A stretch of 64,000 nt of DNA from a virus, in IMG/VR virus record IMGVR_UViG_3300044712_002679, positions 180,406 to 244,405 of that record. One strand, written 5' to 3'. Both the position numbers and the translations under genes were made by a program. Of this stretch, positions 8,585-16,210 are shown in pieces; positions within the stretch are counted from its first letter, which is position 1, and the number at the start of each line of letters is the position of its first letter. Under the pieces are notes generated by a model. It saw only the letters and a list, made by a program, of their open reading frames with translations, was not told the origin of the DNA and made no database searches.

Positions 8585-8656
8585 GGAAGTGTAGCTCAGA
8601 GGCAGAGCGTTTGCCCGTTAAGCAAGGGGTCGAGATTTCGAAATTCTCCATTTCCG
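8585..8656 (+). tRNA. tRNA, anticodon probably GTT (C33 in the loop CCGTTAA is unusual)
   Basis: Acceptor GGAAGTG/CATTTCC, D-arm GCTCAGAGGCAGAGC, T-region GAGATTTCGAAATTCTC. Confidence 0.5.
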
Positions 8657-8660
8657 CAAT

Positions 8661-8733
8661 GGTGTTGTAGTTCAGTGTGTAGAATAAGGCGTTGTCTGCG
8701 CCAAGGTCGTGAGTTCGAGTCTCATCAGCACCG
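8661..8733 (+). tRNA. tRNA, anticodon unresolved (loop TTGTCTG)
   Basis: Acceptor GGTGTTG/CAGCACC, T-arm GTGAGTTCGAGTCTCAT. Confidence 0.5.
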
Positions 8734-8738
8734 CATAA

Positions 8739-8812
8739 GGTAGTGTAGCTCAGTTGGTTAGAGCGGCGGACTGTTAATCCGTAGGTCGGGGGATCGTAAC
8801 CCTCCACTACCG
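8739..8812 (+). tRNA. tRNA-Asn (GTT)
   Basis: Perfect acceptor GGTAGTG/CACTACC, D-arm TAGCTCAGTTGGTTAGAGC, anticodon region GGCGGACTGTTAATCCGTA identical to E. coli tRNA-Asn. Confidence 0.8.
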
Positions 8813-8822
8813 CAAAATTATT

Positions 8823-8906
8823 GCACAATTGGTCGAGTGGCTTAGGCAACGGTCTGCAAAATCGTAACGGAGAAATCCTACGGGGGTTCGAATCCCTCAT
8901 TGTGCT
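8823..8906 (+). tRNA. tRNA with anticodon GCA (Cys) and discriminator U73, but a Leu/Ser-type D-arm and a 15-nt variable arm
   Basis: Perfect acceptor GCACAAT/ATTGTGC, D-arm GTCGAGTGGCTTAGGC, anticodon stem ACGGT/ATCGT with loop CTGCAAA, variable hairpin GGAGAAATCC, T-arm GGGGGTTCGAATCCCTC. Confidence 0.55.
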
Positions 8907-8950
8907 CTTTTTAAATAAAAACAAATTCAAATTATTTATATGTTAAAAAT

Positions 8951-9034
8951 ATCGTAGTGCGCAGAGTTGGTCTATTGCAGTGGGCTCATATCCCACCATC
9001 TTTGATATCGTGAGTTCGAATCTCACCTACGATA
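8951..9034 (+). tRNA. tRNA with a CAT anticodon (elongator Met or Ile2 type) and a 13-nt variable region
   Basis: Perfect acceptor ATCGTAG/CTACGAT, anticodon stem GTGGG/CCCAC with loop CTCATAT, T-arm GTGAGTTCGAATCTCAC. Confidence 0.55.
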
Positions 9035-9047
9035 CGGTAAATTTAAT

Positions 9048-9124
9048 GGGAATCTAGCTCAATTGGTCAGAGCATCTCGCTGATACCGAGAAGGTTGCAG
9101 ATTCGAGTTCTGCGTTTCCCACCA
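9048..9124 (+). tRNA. tRNA-Ile (GAT), CCA encoded
   Basis: Acceptor GGGAATC/GTTTCCC then ACCA. D-arm TAGCTCAATTGGTCAGAGCA, anticodon stem CTCG/CGAG with loop CTGATAC, T-arm GCAGATTCGAGTTCTGC. Confidence 0.8.
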
Positions 9125-9127
9125 AAT

Positions 9128-9205
9128 ATCGGTGTATCTCAACTGGCTTATACCCAGGCATAACTGAGTAATTGGTGTATGTGGGTTCGAGTCCCACCTC
9201 CGATA
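9128..9205 (+). tRNA. D-arm-less tRNA-like gene with an anticodon hairpin TAT (Ile-AUA type)
   Basis: Acceptor ATCGGTG/CTCCGAT, an 8-nt linker, hairpin CTGG-CTTATAC-CCAG, a 23-nt region containing GTAATTGGTGT (same motif as 7404-7485), T-arm GTGGGTTCGAGTCCCAC. Confidence 0.4.
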
Positions 9206-9243
9206 CAAATCCATTATAATAAGGCAAGTAAAAAATCTTGTAA

Positions 9244-9310
9244 TCATAGGGTAGCGTGTCCGCAGCTAATTGGGGATAAGTTGGTGATAATCCCAATCAC
9301 GTCCTATGAT
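9244..9310 (+). ncRNA. Structured RNA-like element (function unknown), possibly a T-arm-less tRNA-like fold
   Basis: Outer helix ATCATAGG/CCTATGAT, D-arm-like AGC-GTGTCCGCA-GCT, and a 6-bp hairpin TTGGGG...TCCCAA with a 15-nt loop. Confidence 0.2.
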
Positions 9311-9319
9311 GGGTTTTAT

Positions 9320-9394
9320 AGTGCTGTAGTTCAGATTGGTTAGAATACTAGACTGTCACTCTAGTGGTCACGGGTTCGAATCCCGCCAGCACTG
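9320..9394 (+). tRNA. tRNA-Asp (GTC)
   Basis: Perfect acceptor AGTGCTG/CAGCACT, D-arm TAGTTCAGATTGGTTAGAATA, anticodon stem CTAGA/TCTAG with loop CTGTCAC, T-arm CGGGTTCGAATCCCG. Confidence 0.75.
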
Positions 9395-9403
9395 CAATAA
9401 TTT

Positions 9404-9541
9404 GGGGAAGATGGCAATGGTTTACATTATTATGATAATTCTAATAAAAATGTACAATTTATTAATCATGATATGTAAATTGGCAAGCAAGGAAGGCTCG
9501 TACACCTTCTACCTGAAAAGGTTACTGTTGGTTCGAATCCA
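9404..9541 (+). tRNA. tRNA-like gene interrupted by about a 70-nt structured insertion (intron-like or pseudogene)
   Basis: Acceptor GGGGAAG...TCTCCCC, T-arm GTTGGTTCGAATCCAGC. The insert tttacatt...atgtaaa carries inverted repeats. Confidence 0.4.
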
Positions 9542-9557
9542 GCTCTCCCCACAAAAT

Positions 9558-9719
9558 AATTTTATTTGGAGAAATAGCTCAGTTGGTAGAGCAACGTAAA
9601 AAGAAAAAAACGTAATTTGTATTTGATATTCGAAGTCAAAAAATTAAAAATTATGTACAGCAAACCAAAATCTAAGCATGTAAAGCCGTGTGTCGGGGGT
9701 TCAAGTCCTTCTTTCTCCA
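9558..9719 (+). tRNA. tRNA-like gene with about a 95-nt insertion between the D-arm and T-arm
   Basis: Perfect acceptor GGAGAAA/TTTCTCC, canonical D-arm TAGCTCAGTTGGTAGAGCA, T-arm GGGGGTTCAAGTCCTTC. Internal candidate anticodon hairpin TTGAT-ATTCGAA-GTCAA (TCG). Confidence 0.4.
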
Positions 9720-9738
9720 CGAATATGTTTTTAAAATT

Positions 9739-9814
9739 GGGGTATGGCTTAGTCGGGTCTAAAGCAACTGTGACTGATGTGCAGGAGATCATTGGTTCGA
9801 ATCCAGTTGCCCCT
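9739..9814 (+). tRNA. tRNA, anticodon unresolved
   Basis: Acceptor GGGGTAT/TTGCCCC, D-arm GCTTAGTCGGGTCTAAAGC, T-arm ATTGGTTCGAATCCAGT. Confidence 0.5.
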
Positions 9815-9857
9815 ACAAAATGATAACTTATCAGATTTATATATACAAATAAAAAGT

Positions 9858-10811
9858 ATGTACGACAAAAACAATAAAGAGACAATATGGCAAAGAACGG
9901 AAGAAAATATGTTTACAGATATTCTTTTCGATTTTATACCATTTAAGCATGATGCATGTGAAGAAACGTGGGAAGCATATTATACTTATGGTGATCCTTG
10001 TTTTATTGAAGGTTTAAAAAATTGCATTAAAAAAGTTTATAGAACAGGTTGGAAAGCTAAAATATTTGGTGAATATTATTATCAGCTACAAAGGTGGCCG
10101 ACATCATATGAAAATATGATAGGAATGTCGAGGGATCATTTGATTTATGTATTTTCTGCATTATACAAATATGGGATATCTTCAGATGAATTACACGAAT
10201 ATGTTTCACATTTAAGACCTGTTGTTAGTACGACAATTGGGATGCATATGACATTTGAACTTTGGTTATGGTTAAAATTGATATCAAAACGGAAAATAGG
10301 TATTTTATATTATCCTTGGCGATTGGTTGGTTCGACTTTAAATATGTTGTGGACTAAGTTAATTTACAAATTAGCAAATTGGCCAGAAGAATTATCATTA
10401 GATGAATATTGGCCTCGTAGAGATGAAAGACTTAATAAATCATTTAAGGATAGGATATTTTCATCGTTGGTAGCACCTGTATATTCTAGAAAATTGACTT
10501 CGACAAAAGTAAGTTTATTACCTGATAATTGGTGGACAAAATCAATTAAAAAGATTGAATTAATGACAACGACAAGATATAATTATGTTTTGCGAATGTT
10601 GAATGGTGATAAAACAGTTAAAAGGGAAGATATTGAAGCATATCATTCTATTCTATATTATAGATGGTCTGATTCATTTGAACCATGGCGAACAGTCCGT
10701 TGGATGACAGAGATTCCCAAAGATCGTGGATATGATTTAGTTAATATATATCATATAAATCAAATAGATAGGGATTATGCATTAAAAATATATGATGAAT
10801 TAATAGGATAA
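9858..10811 (+). CDS. Hypothetical protein
   Basis: ORF 9777-10811 trimmed to Met at 9858 (MYDKNNKETIW), downstream of the tRNA ending at 9814. Confidence 0.55.
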   Translation: MYDKNNKETIWQRTEENMFTDILFDFIPFKHDACEETWEAYYTYGDPCFIEGLKNCIKKVYRTGWKAKIFGEYYYQLQRWPTSYENMIGMSRDHLIYVFSALYKYGISSDELHEYVSHLRPVVSTTIGMHMTFELWLWLKLISKRKIGILYYPWRLVGSTLNMLWTKLIYKLANWPEELSLDEYWPRRDERLNKSFKDRIFSSLVAPVYSRKLTSTKVSLLPDNWWTKSIKKIELMTTTRYNYVLRMLNGDKTVKREDIEAYHSILYYRWSDSFEPWRTVRWMTEIPKDRGYDLVNIYHINQIDRDYALKIYDELIG

Positions 10812-10895
10812 AAATATTTGCATCGGAAGGTGTAATTTGCCTTTATGTAAAAGTGTAATAATTACGTAATAAAAGCACATAATGTAATAAGGGTA

Positions 10896-10965
10896 CGTGA
10901 CATAGGTCAGGGGTAGACCGCTGGTGCGAAACCAGAAGTCGGTGGTTCGAGTCCATCTGTCGCAA
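10896..10965 (+). tRNA. tRNA, anticodon unresolved (loop TGCGAAA)
   Basis: T-arm GGTGGTTCGAGTCCATC, acceptor CGTGACA/TGTCGCA, D-arm GGTCAGGGGTAGACC. Confidence 0.45.
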
Positions 10966-10966
10966 C

Positions 10967-11114
10967 GAAGATTCCTGGCAGTGGTGATGTCAGCTACACA
11001 GGTAGGTGTGGTGTCTTAACAGACTAAGTTAATGTAAAAATTTAAAATTAGTTGAATAATATTGCGCATAAAAATTTAATGAAATTAAATTAGGTTCGAA
11101 TCCCTTGATCTTCA
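10967..11114 (+). tRNA. tRNA-like gene with about a 75-nt insertion
   Basis: Acceptor GAAGATT/GATCTTC with a T-loop GGTTCGAATCCCTT. The ends are 148 nt apart. Confidence 0.35.
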
Positions 11115-11119
11115 CGATT

Positions 11120-11190
11120 GGTAATATAGTTTAACGAATAGAATGGCTGCGAGTCAGCAGTTGATGGTGGTTTGATTCCATCTGTTACCG
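11120..11190 (+). tRNA. tRNA, anticodon unresolved
   Basis: Acceptor GGTAATA/TGTTACC, T-arm GGTGGTTTGATTCCATC. Confidence 0.45.
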
Positions 11191-11193
11191 CAA

Positions 11194-11264
11194 AATAATA
11201 TAGCTTAATTGGATAGAGTTGCCGTATTAGCGGTATGGTGTTGGTTCGAATCCTTCTATTATTA
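11194..11264 (+). tRNA. tRNA-like, anticodon unresolved, with an all-A/T acceptor stem
   Basis: Acceptor AATAATA/TATTATT, D-arm TAGCTTAATTGGATAGAGT, T-loop GGTTCGAATCC. Confidence 0.4.
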
Positions 11265-11282
11265 CAAAAAAACACAATTATT

Positions 11283-11504
11283 ATGGAAAAGACAGCATTT
11301 CAATCACGTATTGAAAAGGAAAATGAAGTTTTAAAATTTTTAAATCGTGAAATTTTAAAAAGTGCAAAGAAAGGTGATTATCATTATTATTGGGATATCA
11401 CAGGGTTGAGTGATTATATGATAAAAGGTATAATTGCAACATTAGAAAAGGAAGGTAAATTCATTAAAAGTAAAGGAACAAATTTCAAAATTATACATTG
11501 GTAA
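11283..11504 (+). CDS. Hypothetical protein
   Basis: ORF trimmed to MEKTAFQ at 11283, after the tRNA at 11194-11264. Confidence 0.4.
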   Translation: MEKTAFQSRIEKENEVLKFLNREILKSAKKGDYHYYWDITGLSDYMIKGIIATLEKEGKFIKSKGTNFKIIHW

Positions 11505-11519
11505 TTTAATATATAATGT

Positions 11520-12146
11520 ATGATAAAATTATTTGAAGAATATACAAAAATAGATAAAATTGATACATTTATTAATTTTATGAAACAATATAAATTAACA
11601 GAAATTATAATTGATTCTGAACTTGATAAATATATTATTAATAGTATCAAATTTAATAAGAGATATGATAAATATGTGTTAAATTATCAAGCTATTAATA
11701 GACCATATATTGAAGTTGAATTATCAAGTTTATCATCATCATTTATAGATAATTTGTATGTTTTATGTAAAACTGAAGATTTATTCAATATAGAAAATCA
11801 ATTAAATTCGACTTCGATTGATTTTGATAATTTTGTTAACATCTTAAAAAATTGCAAAGAAAAAATTAATTTTAATAAAGATATGTTTACATCATTATGT
11901 GATTCAGGATGGGTTGAAGATATTAATAAATTTAACTTTCAAGATATATTATTTTCAACACATCCAGAATCATATAAACCATTTTTGGATGAATGTTTTT
12001 TACACTTAGAATACAAAAATGATGATCCAACATTAGAAGAAATGGTTTTACATCCAAAGATTTTAATTAAGTATAATTCATTATTGGGTGATTATTATAA
12101 ACAAAAATTAATGGAACAAAAAGCAAAAAAATACAATATAATTTAA
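11520..12146 (+). CDS. Hypothetical protein of the CTS-like family (N-terminus MIKLFEEY, C-terminus KKYNII)
   Basis: 208-aa ORF. The N- and C-termini are shared with the 34172-37318 array. Confidence 0.55.
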   Translation: MIKLFEEYTKIDKIDTFINFMKQYKLTEIIIDSELDKYIINSIKFNKRYDKYVLNYQAINRPYIEVELSSLSSSFIDNLYVLCKTEDLFNIENQLNSTSIDFDNFVNILKNCKEKINFNKDMFTSLCDSGWVEDINKFNFQDILFSTHPESYKPFLDECFLHLEYKNDDPTLEEMVLHPKILIKYNSLLGDYYKQKLMEQKAKKYNII

Positions 12147-12473
12147 AAATTAAAAAACTTACGAAATGGACACAATGATGATTGACACAGAGTATAAAAC
12201 CGAATTCATTAGAATAATGGATGAAGTTTTCGAAGATTTTGATTTTGATTTTGAATTGGATTTTAGTATATTTAGTATATTTAAATCAAAAAAATCAAAA
12301 GAATAAAAACACTAAAATTGCTGAAAAGAAAAACCAAGAATATTATTTGGGGTATAATTGGAATTGTTTTTTGTGTATTATTTTTACCAATACTGTTTCC
12401 AATATATATTATCTTATTTATATTTATTGCGATATTTGATAATAAAGAATAATTTTATTTCCCAATATAAAAT

Positions 12474-12554
12474 GCCTCAGTATTAGCACTGTCTTCGAAA
12501 CAGTAGTCGTATAGCGGATAATGAAAAACGTGGGTTCGAATCCCTCCTGGGGTA
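12474..12554 (+). tRNA. D-arm-less tRNA-like gene with an Arg-type anticodon hairpin (TCG)
   Basis: Acceptor GCCTCAG/CTGGGGT with two G:U pairs, a 7-nt linker, hairpin ACTGT-CTTCGAA-ACAGT, a 25-nt region with ATAGCGGATA, T-arm GTGGGTTCGAATCCCTC. Confidence 0.4.
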
Positions 12555-12664
12555 CGATGTAAAAGGGTTAAATGATGATTAATAGGGTCTATTTTTAAAT
12601 CTAGATTAATAAATAAGACTATTGATATGTAATTTTTCGTGACAGTTCAAATCTGTCTACATCA
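12555..12664 (+). tRNA. tRNA-like gene with an internal insertion
   Basis: Acceptor CGATGTA/TACATCA (6 of 7 pairs) and T-arm GACAGTTCAAATCTGTC. The ends are about 110 nt apart. Confidence 0.3.
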
Positions 12665-12682
12665 CAAATATATTTAAATGAT

Positions 12683-12756
12683 GTGCTTATGGTGTAAATG
12701 GAAACATACCTGAATACGAATCAGGCGACTTGAAGGTTCGAATCCTTCTAGGCATA
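12683..12756 (+). tRNA. tRNA-Arg (ACG)
   Basis: Acceptor GTGCTTA/TAGGCAT, anticodon stem CCTGA/TCAGG with loop ATACGAA, a 5-nt variable region, T-arm GAAGGTTCGAATCCTTC. Confidence 0.75.
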
Positions 12757-12854
12757 CAAAAGTTCAGAAACAGGAAGATATTTTGTTACTGATATTAAAA
12801 GTGATAGAAAATAAATTCGATAATTTGATGACCCGCTTAATTTTTTAACAAATT

Positions 12855-13709
12855 CTAATAATTAATTAATTTCATTATCAAATTATCATCAATCTTTAAT
12901 TTTTTAATTTTATCAAGAATAATTTCATATTCATCTTCATTAAATATAAAATCATAAAAAATTCTTGACTGACTTTTTATTTCAAGGTATGTTGTTTCAG
13001 ATTCAATATTTTTAATTATGTATTCAAATATAGTTTTTATATATGAATTATATTTATCATTATTAATAAATCTAATTGTGAATATTTGTTCAAATATATT
13101 ATATCCAAATTTTGATTTTTTATTTCTATTATCATTCTTAAAAATAGGTATAATACATATTATTTCTTTTCTAATTTTATTATTTACAATTTTTACGTGT
13201 GTTATTTGTGGACGAATACTTATTTTAGCTTCATAATATTCTATGCCACTTTGAGGTAAAATATCAACAATTTTATTTAAAAAATTATATAAAGCATCAT
13301 TTAATTTTGATATAGTATATGGATTTGGTTTTTCAATTTTTTCTGACTTAACCATTTTTGGTTTTTCAATTTTTTCTGACTTAACCATTTTTGGTTTTTC
13401 AATTTTTTCTGACTTAACCATTTTTGGTTTTTCAATTTTTTCTGACTTAACCATTTTTGGTTTTTCAATTTTTTCTGGTTTTATATTATTTTTATAATAA
13501 TCATCATATGCTTTTTTAGCATCTTCCTTATTAATATGTTGAGATATTGTTGTTATATTACCATGATTAATATTTCTTACTCTAACTTGCCATTTATTAT
13601 TTTTACCTAAAAATATACCATCAATATTTGGTCTATTATTATTCCAAGACATCCTATAAGATGGTTTTTTAAAATTAATATAATCTTCAAAAATATTAAT
13701 ATGTTTCAT
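12855..13709 (-). CDS. AP2-like DNA-binding protein with five tandem 11-aa repeats (EKIEKPKMVKS). Its N-terminus MKHINIFEDY is CTS-like
   Basis: KWQVRVRNINHGNITTISQHINKEDAKKAYDDY resembles the AP2 fold seen in phage HNH-AP2 proteins. Confidence 0.5.
   Translation of the reverse strand: MKHINIFEDYINFKKPSYRMSWNNNRPNIDGIFLGKNNKWQVRVRNINHGNITTISQHINKEDAKKAYDDYYKNNIKPEKIEKPKMVKSEKIEKPKMVKSEKIEKPKMVKSEKIEKPKMVKSEKIEKPNPYTISKLNDALYNFLNKIVDILPQSGIEYYEAKISIRPQITHVKIVNNKIRKEIICIIPIFKNDNRNKKSKFGYNIFEQIFTIRFINNDKYNSYIKTIFEYIIKNIESETTYLEIKSQSRIFYDFIFNEDEYEIILDKIKKLKIDDNLIMKLINY
13325..13478. repeat. 33-bp tandem repeat x about 4.7 (ttggtttttcaattttttctgacttaaccattt), in frame within 12855-13709
   Basis: Direct reading of the sequence. 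Confidence 0.8.
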
Positions 13710-13740
13710 ATGATATATATAAATATTTTATTAGATAAAT

Positions 13741-13769
13741 AAAAAAGATGATCAATGATCATCTTTTTT
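13741..13769. terminator. Rho-independent terminator-like hairpin
   Basis: aaaaaagatgatcaatgatcatctttttt. Confidence 0.55.
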
Positions 13770-13789
13770 ATTTATAATCTTTATTTTAT

Positions 13790-14560
13790 TTATTTGTTAT
13801 AAAATTTATCGAATTCTCGCATCACATCAACATTTGATAGTGCATAATCCCTGAAATCCATATAAGTATCTTTTATATACATTTTGAATTTGGTGATAGC
13901 ATTTCCAAGTTCAGCACCAGTTAAATTTGGATATTTTGTCATTACCATATTACCATTAAATCGACTAGCAATGATTTTATTTTCTTCGATTGTTTTTTTG
14001 TAGTCTGAAATTTGTTTATTAAGTTTAGATAAATCCAACACCGGTTTGACATCCAAACTACAACCGCCAAAATCAGCACTATTAAATTTAAGTAAATAAT
14101 TGAAATATTGATGTTCAACGAATGTGATTTTGTTTGGTAATCTAATTTCGTTTAGATATTTTATCCTCATATGATTTTGTACAACATATAAAACAATATC
14201 CACATCACCACCCATTTGAATAATCCAATTTTTGAATTCAATAACAAAGATTGATGAAACGTCTTCATGTCCAGGCGCAGTCCAAGATTGTTTAGTAATA
14301 TCCCATTTGGTTGTTTCTGCTTTACCTAAATCGTGAAAAAACCCACTTAAATCCAAGTTAATGTCATTATAAGCATTATGTAATCTATTTGTTACAAGCT
14401 TTATATGAATTAAAGTGTTTCCTTCGCTATGCCAAGTTTTATCTTGGTGTGCATATTCGGTAGAATCAACAAGCATTTTTAGTTTGCTTGGTGCTTTATC
14501 GTATAGATATGTGAACATATCGAAATATTCCATTATTTGTTGTTTTAAATGATGGTGCAA
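13790..14560 (-). CDS. HD-domain phosphohydrolase (paralog 1 of 3)
   Basis: HSEGNTLIHIKLVTNRL (H..G...H...V) and FFHDLGK motifs. Confidence 0.6.
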   Translation of the reverse strand: MHHHLKQQIMEYFDMFTYLYDKAPSKLKMLVDSTEYAHQDKTWHSEGNTLIHIKLVTNRLHNAYNDINLDLSGFFHDLGKAETTKWDITKQSWTAPGHEDVSSIFVIEFKNWIIQMGGDVDIVLYVVQNHMRIKYLNEIRLPNKITFVEHQYFNYLLKFNSADFGGCSLDVKPVLDLSKLNKQISDYKKTIEENKIIASRFNGNMVMTKYPNLTGAELGNAITKFKMYIKDTYMDFRDYALSNVDVMREFDKFYNK

Positions 14561-14613
14561 AGATATAAAAAATTTTTCATTAATTAAAATAATATATATT
14601 AAAAATAATATTA

Positions 14614-15267
14614 ATGATGATTAAATTATTTAAAGAGTATGTGAATATTGGGAATGAAAATATGACCCAAGAAATGATAATAAAATTGATGAGAAAAAAT
14701 TCTAGACTTGGCATGTCACCTAGTGAAACATTTAAAGAATTATTTGGTGATGAATCATATGAAAATTTTTTTAAAAGTTTAAGAATAATTGATCGGGGGG
14801 TTTTACAATCATATGAAAATGGTATAAATAAAAAAAGGATTATAGTAAATACAATTATGGATGGTTTAAAAAATGGTATATTATTGAAAGATATAATTAA
14901 ATCGGCCAAAATTACCATTAATGATATATTCGATTTAAGATATATAACGGATGAAGAAAAAAATGAAATTGTAGTAAAAACAATTATAAATGGATTAAAA
15001 AATGAAATATCATTAAAAGATATAATTAAAACAGAATTTAAAGGTATTTATATTGATGATATATTAAATTTTCTAACTGATGATGATAAAAAACTTATAA
15101 ATCAATATAATTTAGAAATTAGTAATTCACCTGAAAATGCTAACCAATATAACAAATTAGGAAAAACAAAAAAATATAAAAATAACGTAGTTGATCCATA
15201 TGAAGATTTCATAGATTCATATCCATATATTCAATATAGCAATAAGATTAGGCAACTAAAACATTAA
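14614..15267 (+). CDS. Hypothetical protein with internal approximately 35-aa repeats (N-terminus MMIKLFKEY)
   Basis: IMDGLKNGILLKDIIKS... repeats again as IINGLKNEISLKDIIKT... Confidence 0.5.
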   Translation: MMIKLFKEYVNIGNENMTQEMIIKLMRKNSRLGMSPSETFKELFGDESYENFFKSLRIIDRGVLQSYENGINKKRIIVNTIMDGLKNGILLKDIIKSAKITINDIFDLRYITDEEKNEIVVKTIINGLKNEISLKDIIKTEFKGIYIDDILNFLTDDDKKLINQYNLEISNSPENANQYNKLGKTKKYKNNVVDPYEDFIDSYPYIQYSNKIRQLKH

Positions 15268-15590
15268 TCTTCAGGTTTAAATGCTTCGGGATATTGTTTT
15301 TTTGCAAGATTGAACCAAGTATTAAATTTTTCGTGTTCGGTTTTATCCATCATTGCAATTTGTACAGTTAGTGACATTTCAAACCAACCTTTTCCAATAA
15401 GAAAACTGCAATAATTATTTTCATCTGATTTATCTATGTAAACTTCTTGCCTATAACCTTTACAACTATCATAGGCATCTTTCAAAACAACATTCGGAAA
15501 TGCGATTTTTACTTCTTCAATAAAATCTTTTTCATATTCGGTTGAATTGTCATCGTACCCGAAATATATTAAATCCATTATTTTATCCAC
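15264..15590 (-). CDS. Hypothetical protein
   Basis: 108-aa ORF, first of three overlapping minus-strand ORFs. Confidence 0.45.
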   Translation of the reverse strand: MDKIMDLIYFGYDDNSTEYEKDFIEEVKIAFPNVVLKDAYDSCKGYRQEVYIDKSDENNYCSFLIGKGWFEMSLTVQIAMMDKTEHEKFNTWFNLAKKQYPEAFKPED

Positions 15591-15867
15591 GATATCTATA
15601 TTTATTAAGTATTGTTGTAATGGTCGTTAAATCTGATTTTGTAGAATTATATGCGTTTTTATATGAATCGAGTTCTTTTTGTAAAGTTTTAATATGTTCT
15701 TCATAAAAACTTTCACTTATAGAAAAAGCGACATCAGCACCAACATTGAAACTTTCTTTATTTTCAGTTTCAGAATAACCTACGGTATCTTTAACTTTTT
15801 GTTTTATATTTTTTGGTATTTCCATTAGTGATTTTTTAAACTGTTCAAAAAATCTTCTTTCGTACAA
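15583..15867 (-). CDS. Hypothetical protein
   Basis: 94-aa ORF. Confidence 0.4.
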   Translation of the reverse strand: MYERRFFEQFKKSLMEIPKNIKQKVKDTVGYSETENKESFNVGADVAFSISESFYEEHIKTLQKELDSYKNAYNSTKSDLTTITTILNKYRYRG

Positions 15868-16115
15868 ATATCGTATTCAACATATTCATCAACATAATGC
15901 CACCAACCTTCAGGTTTATATGTCCAAATTGCAGTTAATGCATTTTTAACATCACATTGTTTAAGACAAGGATATACGTTATTTTGTTTAAGATCGAATC
16001 CACGATTTGATAGAAATGATCTTTGGGTTGTCATTTGGCATAAATCACCCCTTAGAAAGAAAGAATAATCTTTATTACTTTCATTATTTATTGCGGAACT
16101 AAGTAAATTAAACAT
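15825..16115 (-). CDS. Hypothetical protein
   Basis: 96-aa ORF. Confidence 0.4.
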   Translation of the reverse strand: MFNLLSSAINNESNKDYSFFLRGDLCQMTTQRSFLSNRGFDLKQNNVYPCLKQCDVKNALTAIWTYKPEGWWHYVDEYVEYDICTKEDFLNSLKNH

Positions 16116-16210
16116 ATTATTCGGTTTTAATTTGTGAACTTAAAATTCTTATTAATAATTTTATTTTTAAATATTCGACAAATATACTAAAAATTATTTA
16201 TATTTCAAAT

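Noticed and set aside
10811-10826. Third copy of the TATATTTGCATC promoter element (aaaatatttgcatcgg)
   Set aside because: It lacks the full TAnnTTTG spacing (TATTTG only) and sits immediately after a stop codon with a tRNA downstream, so it was not annotated as a promoter
12221-12439. ORF 12221-12439 (72 aa)
   Set aside because: Low-complexity translation in the intergenic region just before a tRNA. No start context or conservation signal
13325-13478. CRISPR array, considered for the 33-bp tandem repeat (and for the 12-nt repeat at 38984-39049)
   Set aside because: The repeats are directly tandem with no spacers and lie in frame inside protein-coding genes (EKIEKPKMVKS x5 and EEKL x5)
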